Assembly (NCBI GenBank): GCA_029858285.1
Contig: JAOUFN010000005.1
Location: 75,294 to 139,293 of the forward strand
DNA length: 64,000 nt
Direction: 5' to 3'
From: Nitrospirota bacterium
Lineage (GTDB): Bacteria; Nitrospirota; JACRHL01
Positions 62,988 through 64,000 of this stretch are shown one piece after another. Under the pieces are notes generated by a model that was given only the letters and a program-made list of their open reading frames with translations, made no database searches and was not told the origin of the DNA. Position 1 is the first letter of the stretch, and each line of letters starts with the position of its first letter. The position numbers and the translations under genes are program-made.

Positions 62988-64000
62988 ATGGGTCGGATGG
63001 AACAGCGGCGGCGGGAAATTTCGCGCATGGTCCAGTGCGGGGCGCTGGCCATGGGCCTGTGCCTGTTGACAATGTGGGGCGCGATGCCACTGGCGTGGGC
63101 GGTGGAGACGCGGCTGGTTCCCAGCGTGACAAAGCCGGGAGCCCAGTTCGGTCAGGCGCTTGCGGCCCGCGGCGACCTGTTGGTGGTGGGGGCTTCCGAT
63201 GCTGGGACAAACCAGGCAAAGGCTGGTGCCGCCTATGTATTCCGTTTTGACCCCGCTGCCGGGACATGGGTCGAGGAGGCGCGGCTGGTTTCTCCGAATC
63301 CAATCGGTGACGGCTACTTTGGTGCCGCCGTGGCCACCGATGGAACCCGTGTGGTGGTGGGGGCGCCGGGGGAAGAGAGGGCCTATGTGTTCGGGCAGGA
63401 CGTGGGGGGCGTCTGGTCTCCTGCCGCCGCACTGCCCCCTCCGACTAGTTTTTTCACCAACTCCGGCTTCGGGCGCGCCGTGGCCGTGAGTGGTACTCAG
63501 GTGGCGGTGGGGGCCAACACCTGTATCGACTGTCTGAATGGGCAGGCGGGCACCGGCGCGGTGGTGATGTATCGCCAGAGCGATGCCGGCTGGGTACAGG
63601 GGCAGCGGTTGAGTGCGGAAGGGGGGGGCAGCGTGCCCACTCTTCTGGGGCTGTCCGTGGCGCTGGACGGCAGCACCCTGCTGGCGGGGGATGCCTTTGC
63701 TGAGCCAGAGTCCCCGACCCGCGGCGCGCTACTGGTTTGGGAGTATACCCCCAGCACCGCCGGTAGTTGGGTGCAGCGGCCAAATCTTTCGGCTCCGGAT
63801 GGCGAGCCCGGCGACCACTTCGGACTGTCGGTGGCGTTGGATGGCAACACCGCCGTGGTGGCGTCACCGACCCACGCCGATGGCGGATTTTCGTATACCG
63901 GCGCCGTGTATGTGTTCACACGCTCTGCGGGTGCCTGGCTGCCATTGCCCGCCGAATTACGTCCACTGGGCGCCAGCGATCTGCCCCGGCCACCGGTGGG
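62988..64000 (+). CDS. FG-GAP repeat (integrin-like) secreted protein, 5' part (runs off the window end)
   Basis: RBS GAGGA 8 nt upstream. Signal peptide MGRMEQRRREISRMVQCGALAMGLCLLTMWGAMPLAWA, then repeated units of the form FGQALAARGDLLVVGA..AGAAYVF / FGAAVATDGTRVVVGAP / FGLSVALDGNTAVVASP. The frame is open to position 64000. Confidence 0.7.
   Translation, partial: MGRMEQRRREISRMVQCGALAMGLCLLTMWGAMPLAWAVETRLVPSVTKPGAQFGQALAARGDLLVVGASDAGTNQAKAGAAYVFRFDPAAGTWVEEARLVSPNPIGDGYFGAAVATDGTRVVVGAPGEERAYVFGQDVGGVWSPAAALPPPTSFFTNSGFGRAVAVSGTQVAVGANTCIDCLNGQAGTGAVVMYRQSDAGWVQGQRLSAEGGGSVPTLLGLSVALDGSTLLAGDAFAEPESPTRGALLVWEYTPSTAGSWVQRPNLSAPDGEPGDHFGLSVALDGNTAVVASPTHADGGFSYTGAVYVFTRSAGAWLPLPAELRPLGASDLPRPPV

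Overview
This is a high-GC (~65%) proteobacterial chromosomal segment, gamma/beta-like, and mostly housekeeping. Minus-strand genes include secD (partial), yajC, tgt and argS. Further minus-strand genes are an MlaE-MlaF-MCE lipid ABC transporter, a peroxiredoxin, a TusA plus cysteine desulfurase pair, rdgB, rph, a GAF-GGDEF cyclase, secA and a cold-shock protein. Next come two tandem formylglycine-generating-enzyme (FGE/SUMF1)-family genes (one with di-heme c-type cytochrome motifs), mprF, a DUF3524 glycosyltransferase, mfd, and FG-GAP repeat (integrin-like) lipoproteins. After these lie a two-component system, murU plus amgK (peptidoglycan recycling), clpB, hsp20 and glgP. The last stretch holds hemH, purS, purC, purB, nusB, ribH and ribBA, then a DUF4388 protein, fhs, a NUDIX hydrolase and degP. 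Less ordinary elements are listed here. (1) A translationally coupled pair of a HEAT-repeat protein and an HD-GYP phosphodiesterase that share a homologous N-terminal domain. (2) An orphan nikR divergent from a DUF971 plus glutathionylspermidine-synthase-like ATP-grasp operon, with a Zur-box-like palindrome in the promoter. (3) PurS and NusB each carrying lysine/alanine-rich histone-H1-like C-terminal tails. (4) A tiny Met-rich lipoprotein ORF. (5) A (GCCGT)7 pentanucleotide repeat in a divergent promoter region. (6) The di-heme cytochrome c-FGE fusion. No rRNA, tRNA, CRISPR or obvious mobile element was seen. Many long ORFs in the track are antisense artefacts of high GC content.
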